DNA of 64,000 nt from Candidatus Curtissbacteria bacterium. Lineage in GTDB: Bacteria > Patescibacteriota > Microgenomatia > Curtissbacterales > GWA2-41-24. Location: assembly GCA_030647775.1 (NCBI GenBank), contig JAUSJC010000005.1, positions 3,911 through 67,910 of the forward strand, written 5' to 3'. The notes under the pieces were generated by a model. The model was not told the DNA's origin. It made no database searches and saw only the letters and a program-made list of their open reading frames with translations. Shown in pieces: positions 27,248-36,767 of the stretch. A program made the translations under genes and the position numbers. Within the stretch, counting starts at the first letter, position 1. Each line of letters begins with the position of its first letter.

Positions 27248-27910
27248 TTACTTGGTAACTTCAAGAACTACTACTTCCGTTTCTTCCGGCAGTTTTTCTT
27301 TGGAAACCGAAAGCTTTGGTTGTGCCTCGCTGTTTTCCTTACCCATTGTTGAAAGGAACGCACTAATTGGCGCCAGATCAACTTTGAGTCCGGCAATTTT
27401 GTAATGCATCGGCACAATTATTTTTGGTTCCAGTTGTGAAATAATATCCGGTGCGTCTTTGGCCTCTATTGTGTAAACGCCGCCTGTCGGGATCAGCAAA
27501 ACATCACACAACGAAAGTTGCTCAACCTGCTCCTGCGTCAATTTCTTCTGCCCCAAATCCCCAAGATGCACGATATTGACCTCGTCAATCGTCACCATGT
27601 AGATAGTATTTTTACCCCGCTGGGCCCCTTCCTTATCGTCATGATACGAGGCAACACCAACAACATTAACCCCTAGCTTTTCATATTCACCCGGACCGGA
27701 AATTACAAAAGGGGTTTTACCCTCTTCCGTGCCGCGGACGATACCGGCGTTATTGTGGTCTTCATGGGAGTGGGAAATGCAAACTATATCGGCTTCCAGC
27801 TTTGGCGCCCCAAGTCCTACAAATTCCGGGGTATAAGGGTCAAAGACCAGTGTTGTGTTTTTACCTTTTACTTTAAAACATGACTGACCGTAAAAATAAA
27901 TATCAACCAT
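27248..27910 (-). CDS. MBL-fold metallo-hydrolase
   Basis: SHSHEDH, HLGDLG, PMHY; start at ATG 27910. Confidence 0.9.
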   Translation of the reverse strand: MVDIYFYGQSCFKVKGKNTTLVFDPYTPEFVGLGAPKLEADIVCISHSHEDHNNAGIVRGTEEGKTPFVISGPGEYEKLGVNVVGVASYHDDKEGAQRGKNTIYMVTIDEVNIVHLGDLGQKKLTQEQVEQLSLCDVLLIPTGGVYTIEAKDAPDIISQLEPKIIVPMHYKIAGLKVDLAPISAFLSTMGKENSEAQPKLSVSKEKLPEETEVVVLEVTK

Positions 27911-28010
27911 TGGACTTAAGATAATATCACAACCAACATGTACAGTTAAGATACCATTCCTCGTTGCAATACTTGACCCTTGATACTTGATACGCCTAAA
28001 ATGCCCTTGG

Positions 28011-28904
28011 ATGAAAACGGTAGTCCTTTTTCTCTCTTTAGTCGCCTTTGTCGCAGTTGTCTTTGGCCTTTGGCAGCTCCAGCCAAAACCAATAACCGTC
28101 CTCTCCGAAAAATCCCTAAATCCAACACCGGCCCAGACACCCCAAGACCAAACTCTTGAGCCAAAAGACGGCAGCATCGTCAAAAGTAAAACCGTCACCT
28201 TCAAAGGCAAAATGCTCGCCGGCTCAACTATTTTTATCGTTTCCAATGATTTTCAAACAAGCGCCCAAGCCGACGCAAACGGCGCTTTCCAAAAAGACAT
28301 CACCCTCACGCCCGGCTTAAACCTTATTGATGTTATCTCGATTTCAGCCGATCTTTCCAAAGACACCCGAAAATCGCTAAGTTTATATTTGGCCCAAGAC
28401 GGTTCAAGCGGCGTAGTTGCCGCCGGCAGTGTTAAAACCATTTTTGATAACGTCATAACTTTAACCACCTTAAACAGCCAAGCGAATATTAAGGTTGCTC
28501 CTTCAACCAGCATCACTTTTCCAAAAGATGTGACACCAGATGCCAGCCCTTCCTCATCGGTTGCCGATATCAGGGTCGGCGACTACGCTGTTGCTCTGGG
28601 AAATACCGCAAACACCGGCACGCTCACTGCCCAAAAGCTGACGATTATCCGCGATAATAAACCCCAAAACAACGAAGAGTACATTGCCGTCAAGGTTTTG
28701 ACAGCACCTAAACAAAACATTTTTACAGCCAAATCCGTTAAGGATTCAAAAATTTTGGAATTAACTGTCGACAAAAATACTCAAATTTCAGATTCCGGCA
28801 AAGATACCAAAGTTGATGCGATTACCAAAGACAAAAACGCCGTCATCATCTACCACACTGAAACGGGCAAAAAAGTTGTCGACCTAATCTATCTACTCCC
28901 CTGA
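28011..28904 (+). CDS. Secreted beta-rich protein (Ig-like plus OB-like repeats)
   Basis: Signal/TM segment; ADANGAF…LTPGLN Ig-like pattern. Confidence 0.7.
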   Translation: MKTVVLFLSLVAFVAVVFGLWQLQPKPITVLSEKSLNPTPAQTPQDQTLEPKDGSIVKSKTVTFKGKMLAGSTIFIVSNDFQTSAQADANGAFQKDITLTPGLNLIDVISISADLSKDTRKSLSLYLAQDGSSGVVAAGSVKTIFDNVITLTTLNSQANIKVAPSTSITFPKDVTPDASPSSSVADIRVGDYAVALGNTANTGTLTAQKLTIIRDNKPQNNEEYIAVKVLTAPKQNIFTAKSVKDSKILELTVDKNTQISDSGKDTKVDAITKDKNAVIIYHTETGKKVVDLIYLLP

Positions 28905-29696
28905 TTTGGGGGCAATCCGTACCAATCTCCTGCCTCGGGTTTCTAATATAAACTTCCCTGCTATCACCCGGTCAAGTTCTATCTGCGGCATCAGATATTC
29001 ATAAAATGCAGTTAAATTCCTAGTAGGATTACCGGATAAGTCCTTCATCCACCCAGCACTGAAAACTATAAAAGAAACAGCGATAATACCCTCCCCAGAG
29101 TAATTGCCTTCAATAAGGTTCTCTGGCAAAAACATTGCTCCTATAATATAGGCAGAAGATGTCATACAACGCAGCCATAGACTGCCATAATGCTTGTTCT
29201 CTGTGAACTTCTCTTTAAATATGACTTCACCCAAAACGGTTCTTAAATAAACGTTAAGTTTTTTGGCAAACCTTAAATCGATCGGTTTTTTACTTTCTTT
29301 AGCTACTAAATCTTCCAAAATCATCTCGTCACAAACTTCAACCTTCCACCCTTGCGGCGTAGAAACAACCCTTACCGGCCTTTGCGGCTCGTCTTCTTGC
29401 GGCTTTTCACCCCAGAACAAACTTCTTTTTCTGGTAGCCGAACCGTCCGGGTTAATATCCACCGATCGCGGGTCTCTTTCTTTGGGTACAGATATCAAGA
29501 CGATATTCCCCTGCAAGGCAGCCACCCGGATTATCTCCTCGACTGCCACACGATTAAGCTCCAAATTTCTATAAAAACTTCCCCCGTATAAATTAATAAA
29601 TTTCTGTCCTTCGCCGGGCTCCGTCGAAAACGGCTCAAAACCGTCTGGTTCGCGCCTTGTCTCTTCGGGCAAAGGATTGCCTTGTCGTTCTGCCAT
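28893..29696 (-). CDS. Hypothetical membrane protein
   Basis: ORF with two TM segments; TGGTAAAAT 8 nt before ATG. Confidence 0.65.
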   Translation of the reverse strand: MAERQGNPLPEETRREPDGFEPFSTEPGEGQKFINLYGGSFYRNLELNRVAVEEIIRVAALQGNIVLISVPKERDPRSVDINPDGSATRKRSLFWGEKPQEDEPQRPVRVVSTPQGWKVEVCDEMILEDLVAKESKKPIDLRFAKKLNVYLRTVLGEVIFKEKFTENKHYGSLWLRCMTSSAYIIGAMFLPENLIEGNYSGEGIIAVSFIVFSAGWMKDLSGNPTRNLTAFYEYLMPQIELDRVIAGKFILETRGRRLVRIAPKSGE

Positions 29697-29756
29697 AGGC
29701 GCAAATTTTACCACAAGTAGCCGTCATTATTCCTCTTCTGCTATCATTAAACCAAT

Positions 29757-30692
29757 ATGCAAAAGGCACCGCCGACACCAAAAGGTTTTCGTGATATTTT
29801 GCCCGAAGCCGCCAAAAAGCGCCGGGAGACAATCAATAAAATTGCCGACGTTTTGGAAAGTGAGGGCTTCTCCCCCATCGAAACTCCTACTATTGAGTTT
29901 GCCGAAACGCTAACCGGAAAGTACGGCGAAGAAGAAAAGTTAATTTATAAATTCAAAGATCGCGGAGATCGAGATCTTGCCCTTCGTTATGATTTGACGG
30001 TTCCCCTCGCCCGCTTCATTGCCGCAAATCAAAACCTAATCACCAAAGGCCCCTTCCGCCGCTACCAAATCGGCCAGGTTTTCCGCGGCGAAAACCCCCA
30101 GCACGGCCGCTGGCGCGAATTCACTCAATTCGATTTTGATACCGTCGGCTCCGACAATCCCGAAGAAGACGCGAAAATAATCGCCTGCGCGCAAAAATCA
30201 GTCAAAAGCCTTGGCCTGCCCAACGCGCGAGTGCTTATCAACGACCGCGCCAATTTTGCCCAAACTCCAATTGATGTTATTCGCGCAGTCGACAAGCTTC
30301 ACAAAATCGGTGAAGAAGGCATCAAAGAAGAACTCAAAACCAAAAATATGGCGCTTGACGAAATCGAAGAAAGCCTTTTCAAAATAAAAAACGCTAAACC
30401 CACCAAAAACCTTGAAGAAATTTTTTCCGTGCTAAAAAAGGACTACTCCCTAAAAGAAGGTCAGGACTTTATGTTTGATCCGACACTCGCCCGCGGGCTG
30501 GATTACTACACCGGAGCTATCTTTGAACTAAAACCGAGTAGTAACACCAAGGCACTAACAATCGGTGCCGGCGGCAGATACGATAATTTAATCGGCATGT
30601 TTGTTTACCCCGCAAACGGCGGGGCCGGAAAACCCATCCCCGCGGTTGGCTTTTCTTTCGGCATCGATCGCCTCATCGAAGCCATCACTTAA
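29757..30692 (+). CDS. hisS: Histidyl-tRNA synthetase catalytic domain (no anticodon-binding domain)
   Basis: PKGFRD, LRYDLTVP, FRGENPQHGRWREFTQ, RGLDYYTG, GGRYD, GFSFGIDR. Confidence 0.85.
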   Translation: MQKAPPTPKGFRDILPEAAKKRRETINKIADVLESEGFSPIETPTIEFAETLTGKYGEEEKLIYKFKDRGDRDLALRYDLTVPLARFIAANQNLITKGPFRRYQIGQVFRGENPQHGRWREFTQFDFDTVGSDNPEEDAKIIACAQKSVKSLGLPNARVLINDRANFAQTPIDVIRAVDKLHKIGEEGIKEELKTKNMALDEIEESLFKIKNAKPTKNLEEIFSVLKKDYSLKEGQDFMFDPTLARGLDYYTGAIFELKPSSNTKALTIGAGGRYDNLIGMFVYPANGGAGKPIPAVGFSFGIDRLIEAIT

Positions 30693-30739
30693 CCTATAAT
30701 TTGAAATTAGTAGCGGGTTTGGGGTAAGATTCTGCAAAT

Positions 30740-31177
30740 ATGAGTGAACGTAATCCGCCAGGCCAAAAATCAATTAAACCATTTTATGATCCCAGCCCTG
30801 AAGCAATAGCCGCCGCCTTAGCGACAGAAAAACTGCTTTCTCTCGACCAACCAGTCACAGTAAATGGAGAAGCCATAGAAGAAGGTTGGGGAGCTATTAT
30901 ACAGGATAATACACAGAATGTTGAAGATGAAGCGATGGTCAATGCCCTAAAATCGCAAATTAGGACTACCTTATCAACTATACTTAGCCCCAGAGAGTTT
31001 GGCATAATCAGTTTAAGGTTTGGCATCGCAGACGGTAATACGCACACCCTTGAGGAAATCGGCAGAATATACAATGTTACCAGAGAAAGAATTAGGCAAA
31101 TCGAAGCAAGAGCTATGAGTAAATTACGTGCTTCAAAAGACCTTCGAGAATGGTATCGAGACTACTGTCAGTTTTAA
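30740..31177 (+). CDS. Stand-alone sigma-70 region 3.2/4 protein
   Basis: LSLDQPV…LRFG…TLEEIG…VTRERIRQIEARAMSKLR. Confidence 0.85.
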   Translation: MSERNPPGQKSIKPFYDPSPEAIAAALATEKLLSLDQPVTVNGEAIEEGWGAIIQDNTQNVEDEAMVNALKSQIRTTLSTILSPREFGIISLRFGIADGNTHTLEEIGRIYNVTRERIRQIEARAMSKLRASKDLREWYRDYCQF

Positions 31178-31209
31178 TAAATTAAGGCCTTGGCCAAAAT
31201 TATGATACA

Positions 31210-32997
31210 ATGACACTTGAAACACTCCCACTAAGACAATCTGCCGCAGACGCAGAACCGAATCTTAGGCCAATAACGCCCGAAGAAGCCGAAGCAGGAA
31301 TTCTAAGCGATCTATTTCAAACAATAGTAAATGCCAGAATCGCGAGGCAAGTCCTTATGTCCAGAAGACTCTCTCCTTCTTGGGCAAAAACAGACAAGCA
31401 AAGTAGACTGCAAGCTCAACAAGCCATTGAAAGGGGTGAAGAATTTAAAGGGTGGGTAGTTCTGCCTCAACGGGTATCTAACATTTCTATTCCGACCGCG
31501 GCATCTATAGTTGAAGCTGGCTATCAAGCATCACTCGAATTGAAAGGAAGATTAATTGAGTCAAAAGTTTCCAATCTTGCCGAACAATATCCAGAAGGAG
31601 CAGAGGTATTTGAACGAATTTTAAAAGAAGCAGCCGATACAACTGTTACTCGATACAGACCACCAACCGGCATTTCGATCATGGATTTTTTTAATGGAAT
31701 CGCCGACCAAAAAACCGGTCCGGGTTTAGCACAGCTAGAAGAAGACGCACGTCGAAAAGAGGCCGAAGCCCTAGCCCAAGCCCGCAGAAATCAAATCAGC
31801 GAGACATTCAGCAAAAATACCGGCCTTGTACTCCATGCAGTTGAACTCCTTTCCAGCCGTATCACACAATCCGGTCTTGATTTTGAAGACGCCGTCTCAG
31901 AGGGCAATATTGGCCTGTTGCAAGCCATAGAACGCTATAATCCGGAAGAAGGAAATTTTTCTAGCTTCGTCTTCCCTAGGATAAGAGGTGCAATTATTGA
32001 TGCCATTCTCAAATACTCCCCTGTCCCTTCAAGCACACTGAGAAAAGCTACTGTTATTTATAAATTCGAAGAAGAATTCCATACCAAAAACGGTAGGAAT
32101 CCATCCGACGAAGAAATAATTGCAGGAACAGGAATTGCCCCAAAAACTCTTGCACAAACTAGAAAAATAATGGATATCAGTCAACATAGCATCGAAGGAC
32201 AAACAGAGATGTATTCTGATGATGCCTTAGATACAGATCGTGAAATAGAACTTGCCGAAAAAGACGAAACAGTACTCCCCGAAGAAAGATTGCTAGCCCA
32301 AGAAGATCTAAATGAGCAAGCTATGAGACAACGAACCGTACGGTTCATATTAGAAGAATTACCCCCAAGAGAATCACAAATCCTGACTATGTACCATATG
32401 GACAATATGACCACCCCACAAATTGCACCCGTGATCGAAGTTTCGGCAAGCAGACTTGTTCAAATCAAAACAAAAGCCGAAAAAAAATTTGCCGCCATCG
32501 CGAAAAGTCTTGATCTGGATTCCAACCTTCAAAGAATTATGGCCAGGCAAACTATGGCTCTTATGGATTATTTAAGGGATATTGGCCTTAGTTATGCAAC
32601 GTATAGAAATTATGAACTCGGAAAAGGCATCAGGTTCAAACATGTTCCCGGCGAAAGGACAATTTTAGTAAACCCGGTACAGCAGGAAATGATTAAAGTC
32701 AGGTTAATTAAAATAGAAGAAGGGGCAACAGAAATAAAAAGACAAAAAAGAAAGAAGCCAAATACTCGGGCAGTGCCAGAAGGACCCATCACCCTAAGAC
32801 ATTTTTTAAGAGATATCGGAATAAGTTATCCCACTTTCATAAGGCATAATCTTGCAGAAGATCTAAAGTTTGCTCATGCACACGGCGCAAAAACAATTTT
32901 GATAGATTCTGATCAACAAGAAATAATTAGGACTCGCTTAGTCCAAAAAAGAATCAGGCCCAGAAAAAGAAAACCCGATCTTCTGGCCGTGCAATGA
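31210..32997 (+). CDS. Extended sigma-70 family (FliA/WhiG-like) factor
   Basis: SEGNIGLLQAIERY…RIRGAIID, GRNPSDEEI, LPPRE…VSASRLVQI; two C-terminal repeats. Confidence 0.8.
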   Translation: MTLETLPLRQSAADAEPNLRPITPEEAEAGILSDLFQTIVNARIARQVLMSRRLSPSWAKTDKQSRLQAQQAIERGEEFKGWVVLPQRVSNISIPTAASIVEAGYQASLELKGRLIESKVSNLAEQYPEGAEVFERILKEAADTTVTRYRPPTGISIMDFFNGIADQKTGPGLAQLEEDARRKEAEALAQARRNQISETFSKNTGLVLHAVELLSSRITQSGLDFEDAVSEGNIGLLQAIERYNPEEGNFSSFVFPRIRGAIIDAILKYSPVPSSTLRKATVIYKFEEEFHTKNGRNPSDEEIIAGTGIAPKTLAQTRKIMDISQHSIEGQTEMYSDDALDTDREIELAEKDETVLPEERLLAQEDLNEQAMRQRTVRFILEELPPRESQILTMYHMDNMTTPQIAPVIEVSASRLVQIKTKAEKKFAAIAKSLDLDSNLQRIMARQTMALMDYLRDIGLSYATYRNYELGKGIRFKHVPGERTILVNPVQQEMIKVRLIKIEEGATEIKRQKRKKPNTRAVPEGPITLRHFLRDIGISYPTFIRHNLAEDLKFAHAHGAKTILIDSDQQEIIRTRLVQKRIRPRKRKPDLLAVQ

Positions 32998-33896
32998 AAA
33001 TAAAACCTGCCTACGTTCTTATCATCACATCAGTCCTAATTTGGGGTGCCACACCTGCAATCATGAAATTGACGCTAGCCCAAATCCCCGTCTTTTCCCT
33101 AGCCTTCTTAAGAATGGCCATCGCGTCTCTCATAATGGCGCCTTTAATTACCAAACAAATTAAATTTAAAAAAGAGGATTTTCTTATGTTTTTTCTCTCC
33201 GCCTTTTTTGGCGTGACGCTTAACTTATCATTTTTCTTCATCGGCTTAAAACTTTCTTTCGCAATCAATGCCGCACTTCTTATCGCCGCTGTTCCAATCT
33301 TCGCGCTCCTTGCAGGCCATATATATTTGAAAGAAAAATTAACCTCTAAGATTATCTTGGCCAGCGTTCTGGCCCTTGCCGGCGTAGTAATAATCATTGG
33401 CCGCCCAACCCCCGGATCAACTCTTACCCATTTTATCGGCAATATTTTGCTTCTCTTGGCTTCCCTTGCAGTCGTTGCCCAAGAACTTGTTGCCAAAAAA
33501 TTATTCAGAAAATATTCGGGCGAAACAGTCGCCTTTCATACAATGGCGATAGGCGCAGCGACGTTTGCTCCCTTGGCACTTTGGGAGTATTTCGCCAATC
33601 CCACTTGGTTCCAGGGCGTTAATCTGGTAGGCGTTTCCGGCTTAATTTATGGAATATTGTTTGCCTCTTTAATTGCATATTGGGCATGGCTTAAAGGCCT
33701 CTCCAAATTACCGCTTGGAGAAGCTTCATTCTTCTTCTATCTAGACCCAATAACCGGAGTCGCACTCGCCGTCGTTCTTTTGGGCGAAAAACTTACACCG
33801 ACTTTAATTTTGGGCGGCATCCTAATTGCAATTGGTGTCTTCCTGGCCGAGCAAAAACGCCGAAACCACCCGCTACTCAAAGACGCGGTTAATTGA
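32994..33896 (+). CDS. EamA/DMT transporter
   Basis: 10 TM segments, IWG…LR, LKEKL and LGEKL repeats. Confidence 0.9.
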   Translation: MKIKPAYVLIITSVLIWGATPAIMKLTLAQIPVFSLAFLRMAIASLIMAPLITKQIKFKKEDFLMFFLSAFFGVTLNLSFFFIGLKLSFAINAALLIAAVPIFALLAGHIYLKEKLTSKIILASVLALAGVVIIIGRPTPGSTLTHFIGNILLLLASLAVVAQELVAKKLFRKYSGETVAFHTMAIGAATFAPLALWEYFANPTWFQGVNLVGVSGLIYGILFASLIAYWAWLKGLSKLPLGEASFFFYLDPITGVALAVVLLGEKLTPTLILGGILIAIGVFLAEQKRRNHPLLKDAVN

Positions 33897-33966
33897 AAAA
33901 GCACCGAATTTTTGCTAGAATATCTTTTCATTGTTATAAACAATTTAACAATGTGACAATTTAATA

Positions 33967-34278
33967 ATGAAACCTAACATTCATCCGCAATATTTTGACG
34001 ATGCCAAGGTTAGTTGCGCCTGCGGCAATTCTTTTGTAACCGGCGCCACCGTCCCGGAAATTCGCGTGGAGGTTTGCAATAAATGCCATCCTTTCTTCAC
34101 CGGCGAGATGAAATATGTCGACACCTTAGGCCGCGTTGAAAAATTCCAGAAAAACCAGGCAAAGGCCAAAGTTATTCGCGAGCAAATTGTCAAAAAGCAG
34201 GAAGAAAGGAAGGAACGACAGCGTCCTTCTTCTCTGCGCGAAATGATCGAGCTTGCCAAAAAACAAGCCGCCTCTTAG
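33967..34278 (+). CDS. rpmE: 50S ribosomal protein L31
   Basis: MKPNIHPQY…CACG…[10 protein letters not shown]…GRVEKF. Confidence 0.96.
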   Translation: MKPNIHPQYFDDAKVSCACGNSFVTGATVPEIRVEVCNKCHPFFTGEMKYVDTLGRVEKFQKNQAKAKVIREQIVKKQEERKERQRPSSLREMIELAKKQAAS

Positions 34279-34294
34279 ATCCGCTCCGCGGATC

Positions 34295-34421
34295 TCAATT
34301 TCCAAATACCAAGCATCAAAATCCAAATAATATTCAATATTTTAAATTTTAAAAACGTCTTGAACTTATAATTTTGTTATTATTGATTTGTTTGTAATTT
34401 GGAATTTGTTATTTGGAGTTT
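34295..34421. repeat. Inverted arrays of degenerate heptamer repeats
   Basis: CCAAATA/TCAAAAT-type units facing ATTTGGA/ATTTGTT units. Confidence 0.55.
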
Positions 34422-34428
34422 AATTACA

Positions 34429-35418
34429 ATGTCTGATTATCTTAAAACACAAATCGCCGACTTGGACCGAAAAATCGTCGAAGCCGAAAAGCTTTTGGCA
34501 GACCCTGATATGGCTGACCTTGCCCAAGAGGAGCTGGGAAAACTCCGCGAACAAAAATCTCAGCTTGAGTCATCTGTCATTGCAAGCATTGCCCCGCCTG
34601 CCGGACGGGCAGGGAAGCAATCAAATGACGAGATTGCCGCGTCCCCGCCAACATCTAACGAAGTTGTGGCGGGGACTCGCAATGACGGAAACTCAGCAAT
34701 TTTGGAAATCCGCGCCGCCGCCGGCGGTGACGAAGCCGGCCTTTTTGCCGGCGATCTGGCCCGCATGTACACCAGGTTTGCCGCCTCACAAAAATGGAAA
34801 GTCGAAGAACTGGATAAAAACGAAGGCGGCATCGGCAATATTAAAGAAATCATATATAAGCTTACCGGCCACGGCGTTTTTGAAAAACTGAAATATGAAT
34901 CCGGTGTCCACAGGGTCCAGCGGGTTCCCAAAACCGAATCTTCCGGCCGTATCCATACATCAACCGCCACTGTCGCGGTCCTTGCCGAAGTTGCCCCAAC
35001 CCAAGTCGTTATAAACCCCGCCGATATCCAGTTTGAAGCGTTCCGCGCCGGCGGCCACGGAGGTCAAAATGTTAATAAAGTCTCAACCGCTGTCCGCATA
35101 AAACATATCCCAAGCGGCATCATTGTCAAAGCCTCGACCGAAAGAGCCCAAGGCCAAAACCGCGCAATCGCCTTAGAACTACTCCGATCCCGCATTTTCC
35201 AAATGGAGGAAGAAAAACGCCTTTCCCAAATCTCCGGATCGCGCGCGAGCCAGCTTGGTTCGGGCGACAGGAGCGAAAAGATTCGTACTTACAACTTTCC
35301 GCAGGATCGGGTCACAGACCATAGGACAGGCAAATCGTATCACAATATCGAGAGCATTCTCAATGGGAATTTAGAAAAAATAACCGAAGACTTACAAAAT
35401 ATAACCCGGGGAAATTAA
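34429..35418 (+). CDS. prfA: Peptide chain release factor 1
   Basis: GGDEA, ESGVHRVQRVPKT, GGQ, IRTYNFPQDRVTDHR; start at ATG 34429. Confidence 0.95.
   Translation: MSDYLKTQIADLDRKIVEAEKLLADPDMADLAQEELGKLREQKSQLESSVIASIAPPAGRAGKQSNDEIAASPPTSNEVVAGTRNDGNSAILEIRAAAGGDEAGLFAGDLARMYTRFAASQKWKVEELDKNEGGIGNIKEIIYKLTGHGVFEKLKYESGVHRVQRVPKTESSGRIHTSTATVAVLAEVAPTQVVINPADIQFEAFRAGGHGGQNVNKVSTAVRIKHIPSGIIVKASTERAQGQNRAIALELLRSRIFQMEEEKRLSQISGSRASQLGSGDRSEKIRTYNFPQDRVTDHRTGKSYHNIESILNGNLEKITEDLQNITRGN
34576..34686. repeat. In-frame nested REP-like doublet inside prfA
   Basis: GTCATTGC…GAAGCAATC and GAGATTGC…CGCAATGAC, each holding a second palindrome; 111 nt. Confidence 0.8.
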
Positions 35419-36767
35419 CCCTCTGCCAGTCTCAAAAATTTTGGTGAAAAGTGCGCCAGAAACCATTCCCCCCGGAAACCGATAAAGGACGCCAGAACAA
35501 TAACAATCCCGGCAGCTGTCATGGCCTGCGTTACACCGAAAATATCGGCCACAGCTCCGGCAATTAAGGAAGGAAACACCACACTTACAGAAGTTAAAAA
35601 AACCCAAGAGGCAAATACGCGTCCGCGATAGGCACTTCGGGTGTGTTTCTGTAAACTGGTCTGGGCAGGAATTATTATCTGCGCCGCCCCAAAACCCATA
35701 ATTAAAGAAAATATCGAAACCCAGAAAGAAACTGTAAATGCCTTGGAAAACGGCCTGATATGACTAACCAGAAATTCCCCGTGCGCCAGGTTTCTACCAA
35801 TAACAGGGGTCAAGGCCATTAAAATTAAGGCCGCACCGCAGATTAGAAGACCGCGCACAACAAGCGTCCTGATTGGAATCTTGTTCCAAAATTTCACTGT
35901 TAAATATGCGCTGAAAAGTGCACCAATCCCCAGCGGCATCAAAATAATTATCGAAGCGTCGGTTGCCTCAATTTTTAAAACCTGTTCCATGAAACCGGGC
36001 GCCAAAGCCGCTACCGTCGAAAATGCCGCCTGCACAAACGAAAGGATCACGATCGAAATCCAAATGCGGTTATCGGAAAAAATAAATCTCAATCCCATAG
36101 CGGCATGCTTCTTGGAAAGCACAATGAGGCCAATAATCCCCTCTTTCCGGTGGTATGCCATATGCGCTTCCGGCGGCAACGCAGGCAGCGCTCTCCTTAC
36201 AAAAAAAGTGGCGAGCATCGCCGCTGATCCAAAAATAAAAATCGGGTTATAGCCGAAATTGGCAACAATTGGCCCTGCCAATGAAGCGCCTATAATTAGG
36301 GCCGCGGTCGGGGTAAATTGGAAAAGGGCGTTTGCCGCAAATAAATCCCCCCTTGGAACAATCGTAGGTAGTGCCGCCGCCTCTGCCGGCATAAAAAACT
36401 GGAAGAAAATGTTTAAAAGAAATGCCACGGCCAGAATCAAAGCGACTTTATCCTGAACCGGTAGAAAAAGAAGCATTGCTATCCCAATCCCGATATCCGT
36501 TGCCAGAAGAATTTTCCGTTTATCAAACCTGTCAGCAACAACGCCGGCAAAGATTCCGAAAATGATAACCGGCAGCATTGTCATTAAAATAAAGGTCGCC
36601 GCAATTATGTTGGAATTCGTTAACCTAAACACCAAAATAATCAAAGAAACATTAAGCATATTGTAGGAAAGCTGCAGAAGAATCTGGTTAATCCATAACG
36701 TCATAAATGGACGATTTTTAAAAACCTTCCTGAAAGAAACCTGGTTTTTTGCCTTTGGTCCTCTCAC
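35415..36767 (-). CDS. MFS transporter
   Basis: GVVADRFDKRKIL motif A; 12 TM segments. Confidence 0.9.
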   Translation of the reverse strand: MRGPKAKNQVSFRKVFKNRPFMTLWINQILLQLSYNMLNVSLIILVFRLTNSNIIAATFILMTMLPVIIFGIFAGVVADRFDKRKILLATDIGIGIAMLLFLPVQDKVALILAVAFLLNIFFQFFMPAEAAALPTIVPRGDLFAANALFQFTPTAALIIGASLAGPIVANFGYNPIFIFGSAAMLATFFVRRALPALPPEAHMAYHRKEGIIGLIVLSKKHAAMGLRFIFSDNRIWISIVILSFVQAAFSTVAALAPGFMEQVLKIEATDASIIILMPLGIGALFSAYLTVKFWNKIPIRTLVVRGLLICGAALILMALTPVIGRNLAHGEFLVSHIRPFSKAFTVSFWVSIFSLIMGFGAAQIIIPAQTSLQKHTRSAYRGRVFASWVFLTSVSVVFPSLIAGAVADIFGVTQAMTAAGIVIVLASFIGFRGEWFLAHFSPKFLRLAEG

